A stretch of DNA of 63,552 nucleotides, filler included, from Octopus bimaculoides (lineage: Eukaryota): assembly GCF_001194135.2 (NCBI RefSeq). It is 4 parts of 4 records of this genome, joined end to end, with 100 filler letters (N's around TTAATTAATTAA, not from the genome) between each part and the next. Parts side by side here need not be neighbours in the genome. Positions count along the whole stretch, not along the records: positions 13,817 to 39,564 come from NC_068983.1; 3 more parts are not named here. The stretch is one strand, 5' to 3'. The notes under the pieces were generated by a model that did no database searches, was not told the origin of the DNA, and saw nothing but the letters and a program-made list of their open reading frames with translations. Positions 24,069-37,009 of the stretch are shown here, piece after piece. The position numbers and the translations under genes are program-made. Each line of letters opens with the position of its first letter. Within the stretch, counting starts at the first letter, position 1.

Positions 24069-26151
24069 TATAATGTTTAATGAAACAATTTGAAGTTTTA
24101 TAAATTAACCAACACCATTTCTATTTTCTTACTGCAACAGCATCTCTATTGGTTGTTCTGTTTGTCATTTGTATTTGAAAGTTCATTCTACTTTCTTAAA
24201 GCTTGGCAATATTTTAATATTCATAAATTTTGCCGATTTGCCGTGCATCGCAACATGTACCAAGATGAATAAAAATATTTCTCTAAATTTTCAAACAAGG
24301 TCTCCACTTGCTTGAATTGTTCTGTTCATTTTTTTGTATTTGGGAGTTCATTCTGTAATCTTCATTGTCATATAATGTTTCAATGCCCATAAATTCAGAT
24401 GAATCGTCCGGCATCGCGACAGTCATAAGAATTTTCGATACCACTTTAGCGTGCAGTCTAACGCAGTATCTTTAGTCCACGCTGTGAAACGACCTGATCT
24501 GGGTTAGGGTTAAGAACAGTTTGAAATTACAGACTGAAAATTCAGAAGGCCAAAGTGTATTCGTGCCTCTTTATGTCTACGCAAGAAATGTTCTTCGTGA
24601 ACTTCTATACTTAATCATACTTGTATAGTATTTTGGGTGTGATACATATAATTTTCTTATTTTCCTGTTATTTTGGCATTTTTATTTACTTCCTCATCCT
24701 CTAATTATCAACTTTCATCGAGTAACTTTTTCAACAATATCTCCGTCATTAGTGATAGCTCAGGTACTCTGGTGTTCGAGAAACAAAACTAAAGAATATT
24801 GCGTACACCCTAGAACTACCATAGACATAGCACAGTATTTGGAATAAAAGATGGTTTGAAAAAATACTAAAAAACCTAGTGAAAATGGTTGTTCTTTTAT
24901 GTTATATATTCTATTTGATTATTTACACACTTATACGAACTTCAACTTTATTAGTTATTATAGACTGCAAATATTCAATGTATACGCCCTAATTGTTCGG
25001 TGGTAGGCTGCGTCGTAGCGCATGGGGATAATTCCTTCAAAGCACCGTGTGTTAAAATATTACGAACCTGAATCGTATCGGAGGAGAACTGAATCGTCAG
25101 TCTATGACTATATACAAATAGAGTAAAAATTATTTGCTAGTATGCCACGGCGTTTCGCCTTCGAATCGATTCATGTACGTGATGTTGATAAGCCTAAAAA
25201 ATGGCGAAATATCGATAGCCATCAATCCTGAATGGTATTTGGGGTGATTTGTCTGTCTCGTCTGTGTAGGCGTTTCGAGTGTTTTAACACCTGGCGCTTT
25301 GAAAGAGTCATCCTCACCGCGCTAAACCACAGCCTACCGGCGAGCAAGTTGTATCCATTGAGTTCGTACAGTCGATAATGTTTACAATACTAGCGCTGCT
25401 TCTAATTCATATTAGAAATTATTATTCATATGCTAAAATGCTAAGAAGGTAAAAGTTTTCTGTGACTTAACATTGTCTGAAACGCGTAAAAGAAAACAAG
25501 CTCTCTGGAAGTCATCATTAAGACGATATAATGCATCTTCCATGGGGTTGTATGATATTCATTCCATTCCACAATGAGAAATCTTGTATTGCCGAAGAAT
25601 TACTTGTGCACCTGGTGTCCAGGTTCACCTACCATTGATTAATAAAACAAGACCGATGAGACCAAAATCTTCCATTTACGCAGCAATCCACACGAAAACT
25701 GCGTTGTAGTTAAATGAAGAGAGTTAAAACTTAGGCAGATGTTGGCAGCGTTATCGTTGGTAAAAGAACGTTGGCACTTGGCAGGTGTTTTCTGAACGCC
25801 AACAATCTATCTATTGCAAAAGAAGATGAGAGAGCGGTAGAGAGGGAAGGAGGGAGAGAAAGGGGATAGAGGAGTAGAGAGAGGATAAGATGGAGAGAGA
25901 AAGAAGGTGAGAGATAGAGAAAACGATGGAGATTAAAAGGGTTGCATATCGGAAGGCAGTGATTTCTTTAACTTCAAAACAATAAACAGTGATAGAGAAC
26001 TGTGTTACTGGCGTGTGTTAGAACGACACCAAGAAATAGCTTGAATAGCTAAATCTTTTAACAAGGAAATTTCCATATGGTGTGTGTGTGTGTGTGTGTG
26101 TGTGTGATATGTCGTATGAGTATGCGTGTGTTCACGCCTGTGTGGTGCATA

Positions 26152-26251
<100 letters not shown>

Positions 26252-27010
26252 TATATATGTGAATATATATACTGGGGGCGAGTGTGTCTGTATGTGCACA
26301 CATATGCACATGTGTGTGTGTATCTATACTTTCATATAAAAGTATTATATAAAAATGTCATAATTAAAACAACTTCTGGGCCTTATGCAGGATGAAAATA
26401 CTATCGGCATGTGGCATGTTTAATATTGTATAATTTAGTTTATCGATTACTGGATGTATTAGCGGATCATTATTGCAAACAATCTATCTATCTATCTATC
26501 TAACGGAAGTCTTGTCTAGTGAATGCTTAAAAAAAAGATGGGTGAATGTAGCAAGGATGGCACATGTGAACGACGGAGCCATCTTGAGCATAACCCTATG
26601 AACTAGAAAAAAAATCAAAGAAAAAAAAATAAAACAAAAAGGCAAAAGAGAGTCACTTACTGTTATAGTTTCTTCAATGAGAATATTGACCAAGGTTACC
26701 GTGGCCTTTTCCGTAGGCTTTTCTTTCCACGGCTAAACCTAAACTGTCCTCCCCTCTTTTTACACNNNNNNNNNNNNNNNNNNNNNNNNNNNNNNNNNNN
26801 NNNNNNNNNNNNNNNNNNNNNNNNNNNNNNNNNNNNNNNNNNNNNNNNNNNNNNNNNNNNNNNNNNNNNNNNNNNNNNNNNNNNNNNNNNNNNNNNNNNN
26901 NNNNNNNNNNNNNNNNNNNNNNNNNNNNNNNNNNNNNNNNNNNNNNNNNNNNNNNNNNNNNNNNCAATATTTCTATTTTTCGTTACAGTATCGGATATCT
27001 ATCTACCTAC

Positions 27011-27064
<54 letters not shown>

Positions 27065-27120
27065 GTCAGTCTGTCAGTGATTGTATTTGTGTGTGTGTGG
27101 ATATATATGTGTATGTATGT

Positions 27121-27605
27121 TTGTATAGGCGCAGACGTGACTGAATGTGACTGTATAGGCGCAGGCGTGGCTGTATAGGCGCAGGCGTGGCTATGTGGTA
27201 AAAAGCTTGCTTCCCAAACACATAGTTTTTGGGTTCGGGCTACATATGTTTCATAGGAAGCGGAACCTACCTCAGAAGTGGTAAATATTCAAGCGAGGCT
27301 ATTCTTCAGGTCAAGAATTAAATGAAAGTTTAGATTGTCACAAGGAAATACATGTTAACACTACATATTTATGTGCGTGTGTGTGTCTTTGTGTCTCTGT
27401 GTTTGTTCCTCCACCATCGTTTGACCACCGATGTTGGTGTGTTTATGTCCCCGTAAGTTAGCAGTTCGGCAAAAAAGACCGATAGAATAAGTTCTAGGTT
27501 TTCAAAAAATAAGTCCTGGGGTCGATTTCTTCGATTAAAAGATTTAAGGCGATGCTCCAGCATGACTGCAGTGAAATGACTGAAACAAGTAAAAGAATAA
27601 AAGAA
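27121..27605 (+). mobile_element. SINE family B, rearranged (triplicated 5' 20-mer; head to about 27240; 3' half 27372-27605)
   Basis: TGTATAGGCGCAGGCGTGGC occurs three times. 3' end GATGCTCCAGCATGACTGCAGTGAAATGACTGAAACAAGTAAAAGAA. Confidence 0.75.
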
Positions 27606-27658
27606 TGTATATGTGCGCGTGCGCGTGCGTATTAGGTTGAAGATACAGTTCTGTCGCA

Positions 27659-28045
27659 GTGGAGGCGCAATGGCCCAGTGGTTAGGGCAGCGGTCTCGCG
27701 GTCATAGGATCGCGGTTTCGATTCCTAGCCCGGGCGTTGTGAGTGTTTATTGAGCGAAAACACCTAAAGCTCCACGAAGCTCCGACAGGGGATGGTGGCG
27801 AACCTTGCTGTACTCTTTCACCATAACTTTCTCTCACTCTTACTTCCTGTTTCTGTTGTGCCTGTAATTCAAAAGGTCAGCCTTGTCACACTGTGTCACG
27901 CTGAATATCCCCGAGAAGTACGTTAAGGGTACACGTGTCTGTGGAGTGCTCAGCCACTAGCACGTTAATTTCACGAGCAGGCTGTTCCGTTGATCGGATC
28001 AACTGCAACCATCGACGTTGTAAGCGATGGAGTGCCAACAACAAT
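27659..28045 (+). mobile_element. SINE family C, full length, with TSD
   Basis: 12-bp TSD AGTTCTGTCGCA (27647-27658 / 28046-28057). Confidence 0.95.
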
Positions 28046-28292
28046 AGTTCTGTCGCATTTCAAGATAGGAAAGAAAGAAATGCATCTTCAGATTCAATTG
28101 ATATACTTCAGTAAAGTAATAACCGCAACCCAACACGTTATTGATAACGTCATTCCATCTATTTAGGAAATTGTTTGATTTAACACTTCATATTAGACGA
28201 TAACACAGCGCATAACTCTTAACTGGTTTGGGGACGGATTCCTCTATTTCATAGGGTTGTAACCACTGTTATTTTCGTTCCAGATGACTATA

Positions 28293-28765
28293 AAAGACCC
28301 CTTCGGTCATGAATGACCATGGGATTGCACCTAGAATGTCATCCCCCACCGAGCCACAAGTCCGGGTAAGGTTGTTCATGGAAGACCGGCAGTCGCCCAT
28401 GCATACCAGCTTCCCCTCTCCACGTCACCGATGTCATCCAAGGATTAAAGCAAAGACATAATTGGCACCAGTGATATAACAACTCATTTCCACAGCTGAG
28501 TTAATTGGAGCAAAGTGAAGTAAAGTGTCTTGCTCAAGAACACAATACACAGCCCGGTCCCTGAATCGAGCTCACTACCTCATGACTGCGAGCCAGACGC
28601 TCTAACCACTGAGCCATGCGCTTTCACCTACAGCTGAGTGAACTGGCGCAACGTGAAATAAAGTATCTTGCTCGAGAACACGACACACAACCCGGTCCGG
28701 AAATCGAACTCACTACCTCATGGTTGTTAGCCCGACGCTCTAACCACTGAGCCATGCACCTTCAC
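28293..28765 (-). mobile_element. SINE family D with tandemly duplicated head (about 137 bp)
   Basis: CAGCTGAGT...TCTAACCACTGAGCCATGC.C occurs twice (about 28493-28627 and 28629-28765). The 3' end carries the GGTCATGAATGACC hairpin. Confidence 0.85.
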
Positions 28766-28989
28766 GATATGACTATAGGGAACCCATTTTTATCACTTGT
28801 AATGATTTCTGCTGGTAAACGTCCGGTAGCATGTCTATTCTTTAATTACAAGCAGACGGTAACTTTTTGATTTAGCTGAGAAGCAGTCACATAATGAGGG
28901 AACCGCTTAATAAATTTATACAGTTTTATTAGTTAACGAGAGTGTTTTATAATCGTAGTGAGATCTAAGTTGAATTGTTTTGTTAATTC

Positions 28990-29230
28990 TCGTGCAATTT
29001 GCTTATGATTTTTCGCATCTTCAGTTTTCAAAAGCACAGTGTTGACAGAACCTGTTTGCCCATATAGAGGCGAATCTGTGAAAGAAAAATTTCCTCAGCA
29101 TAACTGACCAAGCCATTGTTGGTTTGTCGGGACATTTAGAGCTTCATTTCCATAGACAGAACGAATATTTCTCGTAGCTTCCACTACTGAAGATTCCCTA
29201 TTGAATTCATACAGTAATGCAGTGTTTGAT
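28990..29230 (-). mobile_element. Mariner transposase N-terminal (HTH) remnant
   Basis: ALLYEFNRESSVVEATRNIRSVYGNEALNVPTNQQWLGQLC*GNFSFTDSP resembles the mariner pattern LLYEF..G.sA.EA.rnI..vyG..al...t...WF..F..G.f...d..R.GRP. Confidence 0.75.
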
Positions 29231-29488
29231 AGAGATCTGATGTAAACTTTTGTTAAAAGATTTAGAAATCGATACCAATTCAACCAATATTATATAAAGT
29301 AAAGTTCAAAAAGAGAAGTAAAAATCGCCATTAGAATGAAAAAATATTTATGCTTATTTTACCGTGTGTATTTACAAAGTACCATCAAAGTGATCATGTC
29401 GAAAATACGATAGGACATTATTTGTAACCCTATATATATACACATATGTATATCTGTATATATGCATATGCACGTATAAAAACATTTG

Positions 29489-29538
<50 letters not shown>

Positions 29539-30590
29539 NNNNNNNNNNNNNNNNNNNNNNNNNNNNNNNNNNNNNNNNNNNNNNNNNNNNNNNNNNNNNN
29601 NNNNNNNNNNNNNNNNNNNNNNNNNNNNNNNNNNNNNNNNNNNNNNNNNNNNNNNNNNNNNNNNNNNNNNNNNNNNNNNNNNNNNNNNNNNNNNNNNNNN
29701 NNNNNNNNNNNNNNNNNNNNNNNNNNNNNNNNNNNNNNNNNNNNNNNNNNNNNNNNNNNNNNNNNNNNNNNNNNNNNNNNNNNNNNNNNNNNNNNNNNNN
29801 NNNNNNNNNNNNNNNNNNNNNNNNNNNNNNNNNNNNNNNNNNNNNNNNNNNNNNNNNNNNNNNNNNNNNNNNNNNNNNNNNNNNNNNNNNNNNNNNNNNN
29901 NNNNNNNNNNNNNNNNNNNNNNNNNNNNNNNGAAGAAGAAGAAGAAGAAGAAGAAGAAGAAGAAGAAGAAGAAGAAGAAGAAGAAGAAGAAGAAGAAGAA
30001 GAAAAAGAAGAAAGAGCGACAGAATAGAAAAGAAAGAAAAAACACTCAGCTGGTGTCGGAGAGTTTAATTATTTACATTTGATTTAGAAATACATTCTTT
30101 GAGATTCCATAGAATGTTTCGATTCTTCAAGTCTAAATGGCGAGGTAGTCGCGGACACTTGGCAGAATGCATAATTTGGCAGTTGGTAAGCGCTGCTGAA
30201 TATAAGGATACTTTAGATCTATGGACATCCCTCACCTCTTGTAATCCGAATACCTGAACGTTGTTACACACTCCGGACAAAGTCGTATATTCAACATGGT
30301 TTTCGTCGTAAATCGGAAACTTTTCCTGACACATTTCAAAAACGTTAGTTAGAGGACTTCAAGCTCCAATTATTTTATCACGCATATGATATAATATCTG
30401 GGGGGGGTTTTTTCTTTCATTGTAAGAAAATCTGTGCATCGGAAAAGCGAGATCTAAGATTTATAAAGTTTCAGTGTAAAATATATTGCGTTGTATTATT
30501 ACTATGCTGTCCATTCTTATAGATAACAAAGAAAAAAAAGCATGCTGTATTTCATTATTTACTCTTTTAGGATTTTTTACATTGCTGTGT

Positions 30591-30976
30591 GTGTGTGGAG
30601 GCGCAATGGCCCAGTGGTTAGGGCAGCGGACTCGCGGTCATAGGATCGCGGTTTCGATTCCCAGACAGAGCGTTGTGAGTGTTTATTGAGCGAAAACACC
30701 TAAAGCTCCACGAGGCTCCGGCAGGGGATGGTGGCGAACCCTGCTGTACTCTTTCACCACAACTTTCTCTCACTCTTACTTCCTGTTTCTGTTGTGCCGG
30801 TAATTCAAAGGGTCAACCTTGTCACACTGTGTCACGCTGAATATCCCCGAGAAGTACGTTAAGGGTACACGTGTCTGTGGAGTGCTCAGCCACTTGCACG
30901 TTAATTTCACGAGCAGGCTGTTCCGTTGATTGGATCAATTGGAACCCTCGGCGTCGTAAGCGACGGAGTGCCAACA
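30591..30976 (+). mobile_element. SINE family C, full length, with TSD
   Basis: 12-bp TSD ACA[T/C]TGCTGTGT (30579-30590 / 30977-30988). Confidence 0.93.
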
Positions 30977-31020
30977 ACACTGCTGTGTCTTTCATACATA
31001 CATACATACATACATACATA

Positions 31021-31440
31021 GGATTGAGAAGAGAAACTGTGTACAGTTGTGGAAATCAGCTGTCCAGTGGATGTTAACACAAAGCTAAAGATGAGCGAAA
31101 AGGAAAATACCTACGCTGAACTATTGCGGAATCTATAGCTACTCTATCCAGATTACAAGTTCAGTTTTTTACCTATCATTATTGAGGCACTAGGATATGT
31201 AACACTGCCTAAATACCAATCTTGAGAAATTAAGCTTCTGAAAACCAGAAAAGAGAAAGCTGATTCGAAGTCTACCGATCCAAGCCATCACTGGAACTGT
31301 AAACATCCGTAAAAATTTCCAGAAGTTTATCATTTATGTATATATTCGCATGTCTAGACACGCAACTATACGCATGAGAATACATGCATAAAACAAAACA
31401 TACAAATCTGCACACATGCATACATTCATACATATGCACA
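31021..31440 (+). mobile_element. 5'-truncated REL non-LTR retrotransposon (third family), embedded in (CATA)n
   Basis: EEKLCTVVEISCPVDVNTKLKMSEKENTYAELLRNL*LLYPDYKFSFLPIIIEALGYVT/..LIRSLPIQAITGTVNIRKNFQKFII. This fits the E-x-S-C-P...K...Y...PII.G/EALG...G-T layout of REL C-termini. (CATA)n lies on both sides. Confidence 0.7.
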
Positions 31441-31469
31441 TACATACATACATACATACATACATACAT

Positions 31470-31897
31470 AGGTGCAGGAGTGGCTGTGTGGTAAGTAGCA
31501 TGCTCACCAACCACATGGTTCCGGGTTCAGTCCCACTGCGTGGCACCTTGGGCAAGTGTCTTCTACTATAGCCTCGGGCCGACCAAAGCCTTGTGAGTGG
31601 ATTTGGTAGACGGAAACTGAAAGAAGCCCGTCGTATATATGTATATATATATATATATATATGTGTGTATGTGTGTTTGTGTGTCTGTGTTTGTCCCCCC
31701 ACCATCGATTGACAACCGATGCTGGTGTGTTTACGTCCCCGTAACTTAGCGGTTCGGCAAAAAGAGGCCGATAGAATAAGTACTAGACTTCCAAAGAATA
31801 GGTCCTGGGGTCGAGTTGCTCGACTAAAGGCGGTGCTCCAGCATGGCCGCAGTCAAATGACTGAAACAAGTAAAAGAGTAAAAGAGAGTAAAGAGTA
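31470..31897 (+). mobile_element. SINE family B, full length
   Basis: AGGTGCAGGAGTGGCTGTGTGGT...GGTTCAGTCCC...GGCACCTTGGGCAAGTGTCTT...(TAAAAGAG)n tail. Confidence 0.92.
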
Positions 31898-32418
31898 TAC
31901 GAAAATACCATGGTGATGCTGGAATTTCCATGAAGGAACCTTGGATCTAGGTAAGAAACCGGCTCTTTTTCTACTGGTAAGAAATCTTGAAATAAAACTG
32001 AATAATGAAATACATTCATACATACATTCACACACATAGATACATAAAAAAAAGAAGATAATATAACAAAGAAAAAAGTAGCGATTTGCCTTATAATACA
32101 ATGTGTCCTTTTGTTGGAAGACAAGGCAGAAGATTTTTTTCCGTGTCTCCCGTTCAGATTACTCAAGAGCATGCAAGTGTCTGTTCTCTTGCAATGTAAT
32201 CTGGCGTTGTCTTTATTTACTTTTTACCTTTTTTTGTGGTGGTGGTGGTGGTGGGTTGGATGACGATCTTCGATAGCTGAATCTGTTGTTCTGTATTAGA
32301 ATGTCATTTTGTATAATCAATACAAATATGAAACTGAATGAAACAAATTAGCAAGTCAATTGCATGGAAATCTTGTGTACAGTCGTATACAAGATATATT
32401 TATGTGTACATATATATT

Positions 32419-32459
<41 letters not shown>

Positions 32460-32472
32460 TTGNNNNNNNNNN

Positions 32473-32505
<33 letters not shown>

Positions 32506-33621
32506 TTGTGTGTGTGTGTGTGCGCGTGTGTGTATGCATGCATGTGTTCACACATATGTGTGTATATGCGGGTATATACACATATATACATATATATATA
32601 TAATTACATAAAGATAGATGATTACGTATATATTTACATCCATTTAGCCATCCAACCACACACACACACGTATATACACATATATACACGCATATACATA
32701 CATGGCTGTTTTATATATGTACAAGCTTACATACATATATACACACACACGCATATATATATAGGCATACATATATACATATATATTATTACATATACAT
32801 ATATACATACATACATATATACACACATACCTACCTACACACACACACATGGTTGGATGGACGAACGAATGTAAATATACACATAATTATCTGTTTGTAT
32901 ATAATCATATATACATGTCTTACTTTGTATGTGTGTATGCGTGCGCGAGCGCGTGTGTGTGCACGAGCACACGACCGCGTGTGCGTGCGCAAAGACGTTG
33001 CCTCTTATTAGGAATTTGCAAGCTAAAGAGAAGAACAGCTATCACGAAATCGAATGCCTTCAGGGAATATGGTATTATTCCAGCTTAGCATATGATACTA
33101 TATAATGAGTGGAGAGCGGAAAAGAAAAGAAACGAAGTCAGAAAAAAAGTAAACAGAGTTTTGTATGATTTATCATTAGCTTTATATACCAATTTTTTAA
33201 ACAGGAATTTGAACAACTCCATAAATTTATATAATCTTTCGCATTTGGCTGTTAAGAGGATTATGCTACTGCTTGCCATCATATTTAAATTTAAGAGTTT
33301 TCAAATTTGCGAAATTGATGCAATGATTTATAAGCTACTCGGAGAACATGAAGAAATATAGGAAGACAATCTCAGATACTTGGTGATTATTATATTGGTT
33401 GATAGCAACAAGGATCCGTCTATCTGTAAGGTCGTTACTGTCTTTAACAATACGTGACGTGTCATCTATCTATAGGGCATGATCTAATTATTAATTCAAC
33501 AATGACAAGACTATATCAGTTATGTTAATACTTCTTGTTCACCATATCATATTTATTCTGCAATAAACCCCGCCACGGGGATTGTAGTGTGTGATTGTTG
33601 ATAGAAACAATATAAGATCTA

Positions 33622-33745
33622 ATGGCGGCGAGTTGGCAGAAACGTTAGCATGCTGGGGGAAATGCTTAGCAGTATTTCGTCTATCTTTACGTTCTGAGTT
33701 CAAATTCCGCCGAGGTCGACTTTGCCTTTCATCCTTTCGGGGAAT
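33622..33745 (+). mobile_element. SINE family A, 5' two-thirds
   Basis: GGCGGCGAGTTGGCAGAAACGTTAGC...GTTCAAATTCCGCCGAGGTCGACTTTGCCTTTCATCCTTTCGGGG. Confidence 0.85.
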
Positions 33746-33869
33746 AAAAAAATGTTGGACTACAATGTTGCTTATGTTTCGCCATAAGTATATTTGCTAT
33801 TTGTTGCTTCGCTGGTGGTCTAATTAACGGAGTTTCCAAATAATCGGTGTATGTACCCAGTTAATATTT

Positions 33870-34030
33870 CGAGACTTGTGGTTAAACATTTTTAAGCAAT
33901 GACCATCCAGTTATATTCATTTATGGTTTTAAGAAGTTTGTCTGGTTTACATTATCCATTGCTTCCTTTCTTTTAAGACGGCAAAATGTGGTTTGAGAGT
34001 CATTTAGCTGCTATTTCTAGCAGACCAAAC
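33870..34030 (+). repeat. Unclassified dispersed repeat (related copy on minus strand at about 62640-62825; pieces near 10830 and 21690-22015)
   Basis: Shared TTGCTTCC.TTCT.TTA.GA.GG.AAAATGT...ATTT.GCTG.TATTTCTAGC.G segment. Confidence 0.55.
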
Positions 34031-34134
34031 GGGTATGTAGAGGTAGTTTCAAATCAAAGATAATTTACTTATTTTTTAATGTTTGGAGTAAAGTTATCTT
34101 CAGACACTGTTTTAGCTCTCTGTCGTCGAACAAT

Positions 34135-34518
34135 TTGTTGTTGTTGGCACTCCGTCGCTTACAACGTCGAGGGTTCCAGTTGATCCGATCAACGGAACAG
34201 CCTGCTCGTGAAATTAACGTGCAAGTGGCTGAGCACTCCACAGACACGTGTACTCTTAACGTAGTTCTCGGGAATATTCAGCGTGACACGGTGTGACAAG
34301 GCTGACCCTTTGAATTACAGGCACAACAGAAACAGGAAGTAAGAGAAAGTTGTGGTGAAAGAGTACAGCAGGGTTCGCCACCATCCCCTGCCGGAGCCTC
34401 GTGGAGCTTTAGGTGTTTTCGCTCAATAAACACTCACAACGCCCGGTCTGGGAATCGAAACCGCGATCCTATGACCGCGAGTCCGCTGCCCTAACCAGTG
34501 GGCCATTGCGACTCCACA
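34135..34518 (-). mobile_element. SINE family C, full length, inverted, with TSD
   Basis: 10-bp TSD GTCGAACAAT (34125-34134 / 34519-34528). Confidence 0.93.
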
Positions 34519-34602
34519 GTCGAACAATAAATTAGAAGAAAGAAAGACTCGGGCCTGAGCAACTAGTAGAATGAAAACTTAACCTTACATATTCAGAGGA
34601 TG

Positions 34603-34975
34603 TTATTACTTCCGCCTTAGCGAAGGCGGAGGTATTGTTTTCAGTTGTGTTTGTTTGTTTGTCTATTTGTCCGTGGACAAGATATCTCAAGAACCGCTTC
34701 GGATAGGTTCGGATGAAATTTGCAGGGATGACTGGCATGAACTGAATAGATTTTGTGATCGATCCGGTACCGGACAAGGATTCTGGATTACTTTTCCTGT
34801 TTTTTTTTTTTACTTATTTTTTGAGAGCGATCAGGTTCATTTTTAGTACTCTCGTTTGTGAGAGCATTCGAGTTTATTTTAGATATTCTCCTTTTAAAAA
34901 TCTTCTCTGGCTAATCGTTGAGAACTCGTTGGTGTTGCCTTGGCAGAGGTTTGCGCTCTCTCAGTGATCTTGCTT
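34603..34975 (+). mobile_element. Non-autonomous Helentron/HINE (DINE-1-like) element
   Basis: 5' TTATTACTTCCGCCTT-AGCG-AAGGCGGAGGT (8-bp hairpin), a TTTG/TCT microsatellite-like tract and GGATGAAATTT. The 3' subTIR TTGGCAGAGGT is followed by the GCGCTCTCTCAGTG hairpin remnant. T-rich flanks. Confidence 0.7.
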
Positions 34976-35464
34976 CATCTTTAAAATCAGCAGTTTGTCT
35001 TTCTTTCCTTTTCTATATCCTGTTCTCTCTCTCTTTCTTTCTCTTGCCATCACTCTTCTTCCCTCTCCCCATATGTGTTTGTGCATACGTGCGTGCGTGT
35101 GTATGTTTGTGTAAGCGTTTCTGTGTGTGCGTTTCTCTTTCACTATCCAGCCGAACCATTCCACTTCTCTGTCTCTTCTCTCCATGTTTTATTGTGATCT
35201 CGCTTTCCTTTGTCTCTCGATCTTTCCTCGTCGCTTGCTTTCCCTTTCCTCTCTGCACCCTGCATCAACCTCTTTACTCTTCTCTCTTATCTCCCCCTAC
35301 CACATTATATCATCGTACATTTCTCTAACTTTCTCTCTCTCCGATTTTTTGTTCCCTCTTTATTACCTTCTGTGCCCACTTCTTTCTCTCAGTCACTCTC
35401 ACTTGTCTTTCTTTAACATCCTATTCCTGTTACTTCTTCCATCCCTTCCACATCTGTATATTGC

Positions 35465-35900
35465 TCTCAGCATCTTAAATGTATCTTTTGATGTTGAAAC
35501 AACAATGACCTAACTCTCCTAGTAAAGACATGTTTTCAGCGTAACGAAGACTGCATCTCAAAGACTAGACCTTCGCTTCAGGGTAAGAAAATACTCCAGC
35601 CTTCAAAACTACCAGCCCTCTACGAATCTCACAACTGAGTACTATTCTCACACCTTGACGATGTTGCTGATACTCATACAGACATCCAAATGGCCACCTG
35701 GTTGAATGGCATGAAATTGGTTACGAACGTGTTTCAATCTCTGGTCTACAGAAGGACATTTTCTGCCACAACAGATCTTCGAAGCTCACTAGTCTTGAAT
35801 CACCACCATTCAGGCACTCCTGTATCTCTTGATTTCTTTCGTCTCGTCTCACAAATTATTTCAATCAAGGACCTGCATTAAGAACTGCACCCAGTCATTT
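35465..35900 (+). mobile_element. CR1/L2-like LINE RT C-terminal remnant
   Basis: Across frameshifts: LSILNV.F...HVFSVTKTASQRL.L.FRVRKY...ALYES..EYYSH..DDVADTHTDI, resembling LGV.F..LSW..HI...K.AS..L..L.R.....LYKS..RP.LEY.S..W. Confidence 0.5.
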
Positions 35901-37009
35901 CCCAGTCGTTGACTATCTGAAATCATAATCAGTTCATGTTTTCTTTTCAGCAGCTAACTTGAACCATACAAGAGGCACATGAGCCATGTTGATTTCACTA
36001 GAACTTGCGAAGGCCAGGGACAAAGCGATATCATCCACATTAAACCAGTGAAAACGAAACTGTCTTTCGTGGTAAACTATTCTCAAGCAATCTCAACATT
36101 TCCTGGAGTTAAAATCCGTGCACAGAAACTATACACCTATTTTAGCAAATCACTTCCGATGTACAGCTTCACTTCCTTTGCAGCTATTTCGCAAACTTCG
36201 TAAATTGCTTGCGTTATGGAATAACCTTCATTGATATATCTTTTGAAAATAGGTTGCTGTTTGCATAAATATTATTTTAAAATAGTTTTCTGTTTGCATA
36301 AATTCTTTTTAAAATTCTGGCTTATCTAAACGCTCTGTCCTTTTCAGTTTTTTGATATTCCTCATCTTTATACAAATAGGAGAGGTCAGGGATTTTATAA
36401 ATTCCAACGGAATTTTTGCAAATAAACTGCACACAATTTCCATTTATTTCTATGGAAAATAATAATTACTTGCCATTATTATATCAAATAAAACTCTCGA
36501 GGGCGACTCTTTTTCTGTTGCTTTTAGCACAATCCATTACAGAAAGGATTTTTTTTATGCTTTGTACAATACTGACATTCAAAATTATTTCACTTAATTT
36601 GTAAGAATGTAACCGATAACCATCCTAGACACTATCCCCTCCACGCTCTCTCCTCAACCAAATTGAACTCTAACTCTTCGGCACTAATAGCAATGAAAAT
36701 AAACGCTCGAAAGTGAGGAGGGGTAGTCGTTAAATGCTAACTGAGTGGAATAAAAAGGTGACTAATACGTCATCAGTTCATATTTATTCCTACTCATAAT
36801 TACTGTCTATCACAAGACAAGAATTATGGTAAATAAAAATTTGTTTATGCCTCATGGGGGTAGGGATACTGAAAGCAACTTAATTTATTGTTGTGGTCAT
36901 AAATTTTAAACGCTTTTCATTTTCTCATTTTCTTTCTTTCTTTTTTATTTTTGAGAACTTTGCTAGCGATCCCTTCAAATTTAAATGCGAGAGAACGGGA
37001 ATACTGCTA

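Noticed and set aside
24280-24460. About 50-aa acidic minus-strand peptide (MPDDSSEFMGIETLYDNEDY...) in a CpG-richer zone
   Set aside because: Short, with no recognisable motif or supporting TIR or splice evidence.
24501-24514. GGGTTAGGGTTAAG telomere-like motif
   Set aside because: Under two full units; expected by chance.
30065-30334. 89-aa minus-strand ORF; possible 90-nt exon (30236-30325, CTAAC branch point, GAG|GTGAGG donor) or Tc1-like remnant
   Set aside because: Peptide not recognised, similarity to Tc1 motifs too weak, and the phase is incompatible with the 41655 candidate exon.
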